Of a stretch of 43,845 bases of DNA, positions 33,935-43,845 are shown piece after piece. The notes under the pieces were generated by a model. That model had not been told where the DNA came from and did not search any database. It saw only the letters and a list, made by a program, of their open reading frames with translations. The stretch's first letter is position 1, and every line of letters begins with the position of its first letter. The translations under genes and the position numbers were made by a program. This stretch comes from a virus (lineage: Duplodnaviria > Caudoviricetes), in the IMG/VR virus record IMGVR_UViG_3300024986_000179, positions 1 to 43,845 of that record, one strand, 5' to 3'.

Positions 33935-36900
33935 ATGGGAAAGACGATCAGTGATGAGATTATGAAGCTTTCAATTATCATTGAAGGAGACTCGGCACAA
34001 CAGCAATTGTTTAAATTAGAAAAAGCAACCCGTAAGCTAAATGAAGAAAATGCAAGCTTACGGCTTGAAAAACAGCGTTTAGATAAGCAAGGAAAACAAG
34101 AGAGTGCCCGATACAAAGAGATAACCTCTTTGATGCAAGCAAATTCAAAAGCCATAGCTGAAAACAAAAGCAAGATGGCCGAACTTCAAAAGGAAATCGG
34201 CCTGACCGGTCTTACTATGTCACAATTGAGAAGTAAGGCCACGATGTTGCGAAATACCTTGCAGAATCTTTTACCAGGATCACAAGATTACGCTCGATAT
34301 AGGTCAGAACTTAATGATGTTAATGCGAGAATAGCAGAATTAAACGGGCGGGCAACAACAGCCCGCAATACTTTAGGTTCGTTTGCTGACAGTTACAACC
34401 GATATGCGGCTTTAGGGGCTTCGTTTATTGCTCTATTAACCGGTATTGTGCTATCAGTTCAAAAAGTAATTGATTGGAATGGTAAGCTGGCAGACGCCCA
34501 ATCAAATGTCCAGAAAACTACTGGAATGACAAAAGCTGAAGTCGACGCATTGACAAAATCTTTTGGTTTGTTTCAGACTAGAACCTCAAGGATCGACTTA
34601 CTGGGTATCGCTGAAGTTGGTGGTCGAATTGGGATTGCAAAGGATGAGATATCAGATTTCGTTAAGGTTATGGATAAAGCTTCCGTTGCATTAGGGGATT
34701 CATTTGAAGGAGGCCCTGAAGAGGTCGCTGATAAATTAGGGAAAATCAAAGGGTTATATGAAGAAATAAAAAATGTAAAAGTAGAAGTTGCATTTAATGC
34801 TGTCGGTTCAGCCATTAATGATTTGGGCGCCGATGGAAATGCAACTGAAGCTAATATAGCTGCTTTTGTCACTAGGGTAGGCTCGTTACCGGACGCACTT
34901 AAACCATCAGTTGCGCAAGCTCTAGGTTTAGGCGCTGCATTTGAAGAATCCGGTTTACAGGCTGAGCTTGCAGGAAACAATTATGGTAAAGTTATTTCTA
35001 TTGCTTCGAGAGACTTTCCAAAATTTGCAAAAGTCATGAACGTATCGGAGAAATCGGTAAAGGATCTTCTTAATACTGATCCTAATGAATTTTTCCTTCA
35101 GTTCGCAGAATCATTAAAGGGACTGGACGCAACCGATCTGGCTCAGGTACTCGATTATCTGAAGCTAAATGATAACGAGGTTAAAATGGTGTTGGGAGCT
35201 GCATCTAAAAATATTGATCTGTTCAGGGATAAGATTGATTTAGCTAGTAAGTCAATGAATGAAGCTACATCATTGACAAATGAATTTGATATTAAAAACA
35301 ACAATTTAGCCGCTACACTCGAAAAATTAAAGAAAAAGGTTATTGCCGCATTTTCATCAGAAACTATTGTGAACTGGCTTGCTTCCTCGGTAGAATGGTT
35401 TGCTAAACTGGTTGGAGCAACTGACGATGTGGACGGATCAGGAAGAAAATGGCGTAACACTTTAGTTTTCATTGCAAAATCAATAGCTGTGGTTACGGCC
35501 GCATTGGTTACCAACGTAGCATGGCAGAAACTTGTTGTATTATGGACCGCACGTAACACACAAGGCCAACTGCTTTACAATTTGGCAGTTAAAGCCAGGG
35601 CAATATCTGAAGGAATTGCGATAGTTTCTACCCAATTATGGGCAGGAGCTACAATGTTGCTGACCGGTAATATAAGAGGAGCTACTCAAGCTTTAAGAAT
35701 AATGACGGCAACAATGAAAACTACTCCATGGGGGCTTTTACTTTCTTTAGTTGCCGCTGTTGGTGTAGCCTATGTTGCATTTTCTGAAAGCGCTTCTAAG
35801 GCAGCCCAAGTTGAAAAGACTTTAGCTGAAGTACACCTCGAAGCAACACAAAGCATAGCAAAAGAAAGAAATGAATTGGATATGCTTGTAAAGGTGGCCA
35901 AAGATGAGACTATCCAGAAGGAAACGAGAGAAAAAGCCATTAAAAGGTTAAATGAAATTATACCGGACTATATTGGCACTCTTACGTTAGAGAACCTGAA
36001 AATGATGGAGGGGACTAACATTCTTAAAAAATACACTGACGAACTTTATAAGAATGCCAGGGCTAAAGCAGCACAATCAAAATTTGAAGAGTTGGCCAAA
36101 CAGCAACTCGAAGTTGAAAATAGAACTTCCCGTGCTTATGAAAACGGGTTTGCTTCTTTTATGTCTAGGATTACTGGACAAGGAAATAGCCCTGAACGTG
36201 ATAATATAAAAACCCGTAGAGATGTTGAAGCTTATGTTCTGAAGACCTTCTTCCCGAATGCTCGTAAGGACAAAACTACGGGCTTATCGATGGTTGATAA
36301 GGAAAACTGGGATAGATTAGTCGCCCAATATGTAAAGGCATTCGGTATTGATGAAAAAGAATCAGAATTGGCAACAATCAAAGCACAGATGGAAGCTTTA
36401 GAAGGCGATCTGCTAAAAGCTACTGTTGAAGATTTGGAAAAACCAAAAGACGAAAAGAAAAATATCAATATTCCTGCAGACGAAAAAAAGAAAAAATATA
36501 ACGATAGTTACCTGAAGGATGAAGAAAAGTTTGCAGATGATCTTTTGAAACTGAGAAGAAAAACTGAAGAAGATCGATTGGCCCTGATGCAAGAAGGCTA
36601 TGAAAAAGAAATGGAGCAAGAGAGAATAAACCATAAATACAAACTGCTGGAACTCCAAAATGAAATAATTGACAAGCAAAAATTAGAAAAGATTGATAAG
36701 CAGATTGCTGAAGCCCAAAAAGCCGGTGATTCTCCAAAAGTCAAAGCATTAGAAAGCATCAGAAAAATGATGCTGGAAAAAAACAAGGAAATAAATGATC
36801 AGATAGAGATTGAAGAACAATTGCACCTGGTCAGGATGTCTACAATCGAAGAAAAAGGAGCATCTGATAAAATTAAAAAAGACCAGGAGGCATACGAAAA

Positions 36901-38278
36901 AGCTAAAATCTTACGCCAAACTGAATTTAACAACGAACTAAATTCGATTTCAACACTTGCTGAAGCAAGGGAAATACTTCGTAAGAAACTGTCGATTAGA
37001 CAGCTTGCAAAAATTAAGACTCTGGAAGAAGCTAAAGAAGCTCTTCAGAAAGAATTTAATAAGCGAGAAATAGATGAAGAAACTAAGCACCTTAACAATC
37101 TACTTGCAAAATTCGACATAATAGTTAAAAAGGGGCAACTCGATCAAATAGACCTCTCCTTATTGACTCCGAAACAAGTTGAGGACTTTACAGCTGAAGC
37201 CGCAAAAATTGGATTGACTTTAAGCGAGCTTATTGCTAAAAAGAATGAATTGCTTGGGAAGCAAAATTCTGAAAGCAACGCTGTGGCTTTGGGCATTTCT
37301 CAAAAAACAGACATCTTAGGTTTTACTGCAGACAATTGGCAGGTTTTTTATGATAATCTGGCCGCTGGTAAGTTTGGGATAGAAGAAATGATATTTACCG
37401 TTTCGGCCTTAACTGAAATGTGGGGCAAATACAATCAGTTTGTTACCGCTAATGAACAGGCACAACTTAGAAAATTTGAACAATCGTCGGATGCCAAAAA
37501 ACGCCGCCTAAAACAGCAATTAGATAATGGCTATATAAACCAGGTACAATACAAAAGGGGTATTGATGCTTTGGATAAGGACCTTGAAAAAAGAAAAGCT
37601 GATCTTTCATACAGACAGGCCAAAAGGGAAAAAGGAATTGCGATTGCTTCAGCAATTTCCGGAACTGCTATGGCGGTTGTGGGAGCATTAGGGAATAAAC
37701 CTTGGACCCCGTTTAACTTTGCTTTGGCAGGTCTTGTTGGAGCAATGGGAGCTTTACAATTGGGAACTATATTGGCAACACCTCTACCAGCTAAAGGATA
37801 TGAAGAAGGGCTTTATCCGGAATTCGTAAAGCGTGAACAGGATGGAAAAACCTTTAAAGCTTCATTTGGTGGAAATACAAAATCCGGAATGGTAAAGAAG
37901 CCTACCTATTTTCTTGCCGGAGAAGGAAATAAACCTGAAATGGTAATTGATAATAAAGCCTGGACAAAAATGAATCCAGATTTAAAAGATTCGTTGATAA
38001 GGGAACTTCGCGGAATTAAAGGCTTTGAAAATGGCTACTACAAAGATGGGCTGCTTTACACAGGCCCTGATAATCCAAAACCTGAAAATTCTTCAGGAAG
38101 CAATGATCAGCTGCTTATGATGATGTTTAAACTTCTTTCTGAAAATACTGAACTCATGCGGGATATTAAAGAAAGTGGTTTGACTGCGGTTGTATCTTCA
38201 AAAGATTACAAATCAATAAAAGAATTGAGGGATGCCCTCAAAAGATTGGAAGATAACAGAAAAAAATCTCAAGTCTAA
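33935..38278 (+). CDS. Tail tape measure protein
   Basis: 1447 aa, Ala/Leu/Lys-rich helical, VQKTTG motif, hydrophobic PWGLLLSLVAAVG segment, C-terminal AGEGNKPEMVI. Confidence 0.92.
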   Translation: MGKTISDEIMKLSIIIEGDSAQQQLFKLEKATRKLNEENASLRLEKQRLDKQGKQESARYKEITSLMQANSKAIAENKSKMAELQKEIGLTGLTMSQLRSKATMLRNTLQNLLPGSQDYARYRSELNDVNARIAELNGRATTARNTLGSFADSYNRYAALGASFIALLTGIVLSVQKVIDWNGKLADAQSNVQKTTGMTKAEVDALTKSFGLFQTRTSRIDLLGIAEVGGRIGIAKDEISDFVKVMDKASVALGDSFEGGPEEVADKLGKIKGLYEEIKNVKVEVAFNAVGSAINDLGADGNATEANIAAFVTRVGSLPDALKPSVAQALGLGAAFEESGLQAELAGNNYGKVISIASRDFPKFAKVMNVSEKSVKDLLNTDPNEFFLQFAESLKGLDATDLAQVLDYLKLNDNEVKMVLGAASKNIDLFRDKIDLASKSMNEATSLTNEFDIKNNNLAATLEKLKKKVIAAFSSETIVNWLASSVEWFAKLVGATDDVDGSGRKWRNTLVFIAKSIAVVTAALVTNVAWQKLVVLWTARNTQGQLLYNLAVKARAISEGIAIVSTQLWAGATMLLTGNIRGATQALRIMTATMKTTPWGLLLSLVAAVGVAYVAFSESASKAAQVEKTLAEVHLEATQSIAKERNELDMLVKVAKDETIQKETREKAIKRLNEIIPDYIGTLTLENLKMMEGTNILKKYTDELYKNARAKAAQSKFEELAKQQLEVENRTSRAYENGFASFMSRITGQGNSPERDNIKTRRDVEAYVLKTFFPNARKDKTTGLSMVDKENWDRLVAQYVKAFGIDEKESELATIKAQMEALEGDLLKATVEDLEKPKDEKKNINIPADEKKKKYNDSYLKDEEKFADDLLKLRRKTEEDRLALMQEGYEKEMEQERINHKYKLLELQNEIIDKQKLEKIDKQIAEAQKAGDSPKVKALESIRKMMLEKNKEINDQIEIEEQLHLVRMSTIEEKGASDKIKKDQEAYEKAKILRQTEFNNELNSISTLAEAREILRKKLSIRQLAKIKTLEEAKEALQKEFNKREIDEETKHLNNLLAKFDIIVKKGQLDQIDLSLLTPKQVEDFTAEAAKIGLTLSELIAKKNELLGKQNSESNAVALGISQKTDILGFTADNWQVFYDNLAAGKFGIEEMIFTVSALTEMWGKYNQFVTANEQAQLRKFEQSSDAKKRRLKQQLDNGYINQVQYKRGIDALDKDLEKRKADLSYRQAKREKGIAIASAISGTAMAVVGALGNKPWTPFNFALAGLVGAMGALQLGTILATPLPAKGYEEGLYPEFVKREQDGKTFKASFGGNTKSGMVKKPTYFLAGEGNKPEMVIDNKAWTKMNPDLKDSLIRELRGIKGFENGYYKDGLLYTGPDNPKPENSSGSNDQLLMMMFKLLSENTELMRDIKESGLTAVVSSKDYKSIKELRDALKRLEDNRKKSQV

Positions 38279-38685
38279 TGAATACATACTTTACAGATTA
38301 CGCTATCCTAACCAGTAAAATAGCCAATATTTTATGTGATCAGATTTTCGATCAGGTTACTCAAGAATTTTCAGGTGATGTAAAATACACCGATAAATTT
38401 ATACTATCCGGAAGGCTTTCCAAAAACCTGCAGGAAGAATTAGAGACTCCAATAAACAACGTTGTTTTTATTACTGAAGATTTAGATATGTTTCAGTATT
38501 ATCAAGCAAATGCAGCTAAAATATCGCCATCTGCTACCGGTATCGTACATTATAAAAATAGAACTTTGATCTATTTCAAGCAGGTTTTTATTGAAGTCTG
38601 GTTTACTTCAGAAACTTTATTAATTGGCAAATATGAAAACCTTCCTGTTCAACAAGTATCACAAATACCAACAGAAACATTATGA
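38278..38685 (+). CDS. Hypothetical tail-region protein
   Basis: TAATG overlap with tape measure. Confidence 0.6.
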   Translation: MNTYFTDYAILTSKIANILCDQIFDQVTQEFSGDVKYTDKFILSGRLSKNLQEELETPINNVVFITEDLDMFQYYQANAAKISPSATGIVHYKNRTLIYFKQVFIEVWFTSETLLIGKYENLPVQQVSQIPTETL

Positions 38686-40832
38686 GTACACAAATTGGAA
38701 TTCTATCTAACAATTATGTAACATTTGATCAGCCGACTTATCAAGATTGGTCCCCTGTGCCTGGAGAAACAAATTTCACATGGTTTATAGTTGGTATCGT
38801 GCCTTTATATCCACAATATAAAACTATAAAAGTTAAGGATGTTATAGGCTTACCGGCAACATCACAGTTTACACAATTCAGAATTGTAACTTACAAAACT
38901 TACTTTGGTGCAGCGCCTCCAACCGATTGGCTGAATGTTACGAGTACAGGATTTAGTTTTAATGCATCAGCTCCAAATCCTTTAACAGAAAATGGATATT
39001 CCAGTTTAGTTGGCATGTATATCCAAAATGTTGGCTTATTAACTCCCGGAACATACGTAGCAAAGCTCTCTTTCTTTATAGAAGGAAAAAACTCATCTAA
39101 TCAATGGATTCAAGTTTCTGATTATACCCACACTGTAACCTTGAATGTGTACCAAGAAAACACGATAACCTATTCTCCAAATAGGTTAGATATTACACAC
39201 TATCAAAATACGCCGCTTGCTTCTAGTCCAATAACTGTTTCGGGCGCTTCTTGGCAGCTTGTTGCGAGGGATAAGTATATTTTGACTTCAGAAGATGAGA
39301 GTGTAATTATAACATCTGAAGAAATAGCAGGACAATTGATTTATAAGGCTACCGGTAGTGGTGCAAGAGTTGTAAAATTATGTCTGTCTGATTATTTTGA
39401 TACTGACGAGGCTGTTGAAAGTTCTGATTTGGATTCCTTTGTTACAGTCCTAAAAGATTCATCCCAGATCGGAATAATACCAATTAGGGTTACATTGCTA
39501 AACACAATCGAATTTGATGCATTTCCAAGAGAACTATTTTATACTGCAGTAAAAGGACATATTGAGCCTACTGAACAGTTTGTATTTGTCTTTTGTGTAG
39601 AAACTTTTGCTTTTCAATCTTCGCCATGGTTAATCGTAAGCGAAACCGAAAACGGTATTTTAGTAATACCGGTTCCTACTGCAAACATGGCCGGTGGTGA
39701 GTATGTTGGCTCTGTAATTTTAACAGCAACCATAAACGGAATACCTTCAGCCATTACAATTACAGTTAATTATAATTTGCAAGATTATATCACAATACCT
39801 TATGATTCAGGTGTTAATTTTACATTGGATAAAAAATTTATAGAATTCAATACTACTTATGATCAGACATATTTCGATATTTTGATAAGCGCTTACATCT
39901 ATGACTTTTATACGAATGTTGAAAATCTAGAAGTGATCCCGCTTAAAATTCCAATTTTCAAAGGAGCACAAGAGTTTAATTTAGGGAAAGGACTTCATCG
40001 TTTAATGAAAAGAGCTGTAGAAATAGATCCCGAATTAAACAACCAATATAAATTAAGCCGTGTAACTATCGAATTTAAAGAATGTTATTTGGTAAACGAT
40101 GAAGTCATAAGAAGCTTTACGACTCCAGAGTATTTATTTGCGGCCGGTTTGACACCCGGTAACACTTCTGAAGGATATGCGATATTGAATATTAATTCTG
40201 GTTTTACTAGGGTAACGGCAAACAGTTTTCAATTTTTAAACCTTTTGGGCCCTTCAGGATCAAGAAATGTAACTGTCAAAAAAAATGGCGAAACTATAAG
40301 GAATTATAGTTTTTATGCGGAAGATAGAATACACAGTGAAAAAATTGATTTTTCAAATCTTGAAGTTACACCAGGTGATGTTATTGATTTCGTATATTCA
40401 ACCGAAAGCCATTTTCTAGTAAAAACATTTATTGTTTTCCCGGACGGCATTGAGTCTAATATGATAATATGGGAGGATGAATATTTATTAAAGTCAGCAT
40501 TTGTTTGTACCGGTAAATATTCTCTCAAATCAGATTTTGAGTTTAAAACTGAAACTTTATACCAAAAGATTGTAGAATTATTCAAGTCTATTGATAATAC
40601 TAAAATATCAAAGCTATCAATAAATACGGGCTTTATAATGAAATCTGACATTCCAACGATTGAAAGTTTAATTAGAAGTAAAAGAGCCTGGCTTTATTAT
40701 GATGACAAACTTATAAAGCTTGTATCTGTAACTAAAAGCTTAACATCAACTGACAGTGATTTAGAGCTGATATCATACGATTTAGAATTTCAAATTAATA
40801 GAGAATACGATGAAGAAATTTGTTTGTTCTGA
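38682..40832 (+). CDS. Tail protein with Ig/BACON-like repeats (distal tail candidate)
   Basis: DWLNV / PWLIVS ... G.Y.G/A repeated beta modules; position after tape measure. Confidence 0.6.
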   Translation: MSTQIGILSNNYVTFDQPTYQDWSPVPGETNFTWFIVGIVPLYPQYKTIKVKDVIGLPATSQFTQFRIVTYKTYFGAAPPTDWLNVTSTGFSFNASAPNPLTENGYSSLVGMYIQNVGLLTPGTYVAKLSFFIEGKNSSNQWIQVSDYTHTVTLNVYQENTITYSPNRLDITHYQNTPLASSPITVSGASWQLVARDKYILTSEDESVIITSEEIAGQLIYKATGSGARVVKLCLSDYFDTDEAVESSDLDSFVTVLKDSSQIGIIPIRVTLLNTIEFDAFPRELFYTAVKGHIEPTEQFVFVFCVETFAFQSSPWLIVSETENGILVIPVPTANMAGGEYVGSVILTATINGIPSAITITVNYNLQDYITIPYDSGVNFTLDKKFIEFNTTYDQTYFDILISAYIYDFYTNVENLEVIPLKIPIFKGAQEFNLGKGLHRLMKRAVEIDPELNNQYKLSRVTIEFKECYLVNDEVIRSFTTPEYLFAAGLTPGNTSEGYAILNINSGFTRVTANSFQFLNLLGPSGSRNVTVKKNGETIRNYSFYAEDRIHSEKIDFSNLEVTPGDVIDFVYSTESHFLVKTFIVFPDGIESNMIIWEDEYLLKSAFVCTGKYSLKSDFEFKTETLYQKIVELFKSIDNTKISKLSINTGFIMKSDIPTIESLIRSKRAWLYYDDKLIKLVSVTKSLTSTDSDLELISYDLEFQINREYDEEICLF

Positions 40833-42666
40833 TTTCGAACTTGATTTGTCAAGTTACGACGTAACGACTATGGAGGAAAACTTCTGGTTTACGGATAGGA
40901 TTTTTGCAAAAAGAACATTGCCTTTTGAAATAACCTTGACATCTGACATAGATAAGGTTTTGGGTTATATCAGTTTTCCTAATTCTAGGACTATCGAAAC
41001 AATGTTTAATGGGTATTATTTTGAGAAGAATGAAAAATTCACTGCAATATTTGAGGTAGAAGAATTCGAGTCTAGCCTATCTGTATCTATAGTTTTTGGC
41101 TTCGATGAATTTCCGAATTTTAGCAAAAGACTGTCTGAATTACCTTTGGATAAATTTGAAGTTGATAACATATACACTCATGCTGCAGGAATTATTTCGC
41201 AGACATGGCCAGTAGTAAATTATAATTTTCCGCAAATACATACCGACAAGATAAATACTGAAGAAGAGATATGGTTTGCCTTCGGTAAAATTATCAATAA
41301 CTATAAAGATGGGGCATTTCTGATTAACGAGGTCGATATTACAGAAGATATCACTTACAACAGAAATATCATGCAGCCATTACCCTACCTGTTGCATATA
41401 CTTAAAAAAGGGTTTGAAGATGCCGGCTATGAACTTGAAGGCGATGTCCTTTCTGATGAAAGCATAAAAAAAATATGTATCTATTCAGATGTAGAATATT
41501 ACACTACAAATGAACAAGAGCCAATCAATATTTTTAAAATGTCTGAAGACTTTACAGATACAGGAGAAATAACTTTGATTCGACCGCCCTACATACACAG
41601 GATGCAGTATTATAGGTTTGATTTTACTTATCCTATCGAACATCCGGGAAAGTATAGGATTGTAGGAACTGTTAAAATGAAACTGTTTCCATATTTGGGC
41701 CCTCGACCATTTTTTAGGATAAAGTATAGAAACCAGGTATTGTTTTATCATGAGGTTAATTTAGATTTTGCAAGCTCTAGATTTACTATAACTAAAAATG
41801 TTGATGTTGTTTTTGAAACGTTGGTTGATATACTTCCAAATGAAATTATATTAGAATCTTACCAGGGCGCTTCTGCTGATGAGATTATTATTTCATTAGA
41901 CATTAACCCAATTAGGTTACATGATACTTCTGGTGAAGCAGTTCCAACCATTATAAATCCTAATCAGGTTGATTTAAGCCGATCGGTTCCGGAAATGACT
42001 TTTGGTGAATTTTTCACAACTTTAAAAAATTGGTTTAATCTTGATCTTACGCCGAAAGGGAATAAGGCAATTGTAAATTTTGTTCAGGATGAAATTAAGA
42101 GAGGGGAGGTTATTGACCTATCTGATACAGAAGTTAAGCAGCCACGAAGAAAATTCAATAAAGGAGTTTCATTTCTACTTCAGTTTAACGAAACTGATAG
42201 CAAAGATTATACTTTTCTTCCGGTATTCCATAGCGCATCAGGAATTACAAATAATAGCTTTGTTAAAAATGAAAAAACAAACGAGATAATGATCAATGCT
42301 CTGCCGTTACCTCTGATGCTAAGGGAGAATGTGCAGACAGCTCATCATTTTGACTCTGATACATCAAAACTTTTCGCTGTTATGTATGATGGTCTGACTT
42401 CAGGTTTGAATCTGGCCAAAAATCCGGATGAGATAATGATTCCAAAAGTACATGAGCGCCATTTTAAAGAATGGTTTGAAAGAAGGATTAATTCTCAAAA
42501 TTTTATCTGGGAGTTTAAAAAGTATTATGAAAATATCAGGGGCTTGAATTCTAAAAAGAAAATATTTGCTTACAATCAAATACATCTGATCAAGAATATT
42601 AATAAAAATGAGCTTGATGAAAACTACTATGAAATAGAAATAGAAACTGAAGCATCATTAAAATAA
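40810..42666 (+). CDS. Tail tip/hub protein
   Basis: Last gene of tail operon; NYNFP, QPLPYL and PEMTFGEF motifs. Confidence 0.55.
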   Translation: MKKFVCSDFELDLSSYDVTTMEENFWFTDRIFAKRTLPFEITLTSDIDKVLGYISFPNSRTIETMFNGYYFEKNEKFTAIFEVEEFESSLSVSIVFGFDEFPNFSKRLSELPLDKFEVDNIYTHAAGIISQTWPVVNYNFPQIHTDKINTEEEIWFAFGKIINNYKDGAFLINEVDITEDITYNRNIMQPLPYLLHILKKGFEDAGYELEGDVLSDESIKKICIYSDVEYYTTNEQEPINIFKMSEDFTDTGEITLIRPPYIHRMQYYRFDFTYPIEHPGKYRIVGTVKMKLFPYLGPRPFFRIKYRNQVLFYHEVNLDFASSRFTITKNVDVVFETLVDILPNEIILESYQGASADEIIISLDINPIRLHDTSGEAVPTIINPNQVDLSRSVPEMTFGEFFTTLKNWFNLDLTPKGNKAIVNFVQDEIKRGEVIDLSDTEVKQPRRKFNKGVSFLLQFNETDSKDYTFLPVFHSASGITNNSFVKNEKTNEIMINALPLPLMLRENVQTAHHFDSDTSKLFAVMYDGLTSGLNLAKNPDEIMIPKVHERHFKEWFERRINSQNFIWEFKKYYENIRGLNSKKKIFAYNQIHLIKNINKNELDENYYEIEIETEASLK

Positions 42667-43845
42667 TTTATCGAGTAGAAAAATTTCTGAATTTGCATCT
42701 TCATTAACTATATGCGCATAGATCATTGTCTGAGATAAGCTTGAATGGCCAAGCAATAATTGAAGTTTTTCTACTTTTCCTCCAGCTCTAAGAAAACTGG
42801 TAGCAAATGTATGCCTTGCAACGTGAAATGAGACAACTTTATTAATTCCAATAAACTTCATGATTTTTTTTAATTCATCGTTTATATGCTGGTCAGCGAA
42901 TTTCTTCACAAAAAGCAATGGTTCATGATCAATTATTTTTTTGGCGGTATCATTTAAAGCAATTGATTGGTCTTTAGACGTTTTCTGGGATATAAATGTT
43001 ATATAGCCATCCATAAAGTTTCTGCGTGTCAGATTTTGAACATCAGAAATACGTAAACCTGTCATGCAGCTAAATAAAAAATAGCCTAATACTAGCCGGT
43101 ATGATTCATTTATATAATTGGAAAAATAGTAATCGGCCAATCTTTTTAGCTCAAAAGGAGATAGGCTGGTTCTGTTTCCTTTTGTGCTTCCGACTTCCAA
43201 TTCATCCAGGTTAATTTTCAGTTTGATTCCTGATTTCACAGCGATCCCCAAAAATTTTTTTATGCTTGCCATATTTCCGGCAATAGTAGTTTTTGCATTT
43301 CCTAACTTGGTCAAATGTCTTTTGTACTTTTTAAACCAGTCATGATCTAAATCCATAAAAGTAATTTCATCGTCGTATTCCTTGATTTTTTTAAGTACTG
43401 AATGGTGTCTGTTATAGGAACCTTGCTTCATCATAACTTTTTCTTCTTTCAGGGCCATTTCAAAAAAAGCCGTAAAGCGTAAACGAGGCATACCGTTTAT
43501 AAATTCCTTTCTCAACATCTCGGGCGTAAGGACTCTTTCGGCCAGTCTATAAGATGTTTTTATATGGGTAAGCTTGGACTTGATATTGTCCAGCAGCAAA
43601 TTAATATCCTGGTTCTCTTTTGAATTTGGAATTACACGCTGGATATCACTTTGCCAATGTTCCGGGACAACACTTATTTCCAAGAGAATCCTTTCTCTTT
43701 TCTTGTTACCGGTAATTGAAAGCATGACCGGGGATTTTCCGTCAATGTTTTTGTATTCTCTAAGGTAGAATCTATCTTTTAATGACACGTAAATTTTATT
43801 TGTGTCAACAAGCGTGTCAAAAATCCGATCTGAATGTATAAACAT
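42658..43845 (-). CDS. Tyrosine recombinase (phage integrase)
   Basis: Catalytic residues in TGLRISD, KT, HVARHTFAT, LLGHS, TMIY; N-terminal arm-binding and SAM-like regions. Confidence 0.97.
   Translation of the reverse strand: MFIHSDRIFDTLVDTNKIYVSLKDRFYLREYKNIDGKSPVMLSITGNKKRERILLEISVVPEHWQSDIQRVIPNSKENQDINLLLDNIKSKLTHIKTSYRLAERVLTPEMLRKEFINGMPRLRFTAFFEMALKEEKVMMKQGSYNRHHSVLKKIKEYDDEITFMDLDHDWFKKYKRHLTKLGNAKTTIAGNMASIKKFLGIAVKSGIKLKINLDELEVGSTKGNRTSLSPFELKRLADYYFSNYINESYRLVLGYFLFSCMTGLRISDVQNLTRRNFMDGYITFISQKTSKDQSIALNDTAKKIIDHEPLLFVKKFADQHINDELKKIMKFIGINKVVSFHVARHTFATSFLRAGGKVEKLQLLLGHSSLSQTMIYAHIVNEDANSEIFLLDKLF

Larger units (their letters stand above)
1..43845. mobile_element. Temperate siphovirus-like prophage of a Bacteroidota (likely Flavobacteriaceae) host; att sites outside window
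   Basis: Repressor, primase-helicase, lysis, protease, capsid, terminase, portal, tape measure and tyrosine integrase all present; no tail sheath recognised; TAnnTTTG promoter boxes. Confidence 0.95.

Noticed and set aside
1-43845. attL/attR, tRNA or rRNA genes
   Set aside because: Window ends coincide with gene boundaries; no terminal direct repeat or cloverleaf recognised

Overview
The window is a near-complete temperate, long-tailed (siphovirus-like) prophage of a Bacteroidota host, probably Flavobacteriaceae (TAnnTTTG -7 promoter boxes, no Shine-Dalgarno sites, Flavobacterium-type zinc-less DnaG N-terminus). It runs exactly from the stop codon of a CI-like repressor to the start codon of a tyrosine integrase, so att sites lie outside it. 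Order: CI/Cro switch; DnaG primase-helicase plus an iteron-type origin; many small early genes (MazG-like, DUF1643, DUF3850/ASCH, degenerate HNH); an operon of fibre/receptor-binding-like genes ending in a candidate activator; lysis genes; S49 prohead protease, major capsid and tail-tube-like genes; PLD-family nuclease and terminase; an opposite-strand cassette (ArdC-like protein plus an HsdM-like protein lacking its catalytic motif); portal, neck, morons, tape measure, tail tip and integrase. Main non-obvious signals read from the DNA: (1) the ArdC-like/pseudo-methyltransferase cassette sits next to a candidate packaging site in about 2.4 kb free of GATC and CCGG, suggesting a first-injected anti-restriction region; (2) four late promoters share RYGTYACA-N21-(-7 box) with exact spacing; (3) the CI/Cro operator pair (31-bp spacing) recurs in front of the fibre/activator operon; (4) a pseudoknot-like RNA leader that can mask its own start codon; (5) a 13-mer AATCACTTAAATA placed 7-9 nt before four start codons. 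All family assignments come from motif recognition by eye; no database search was run.
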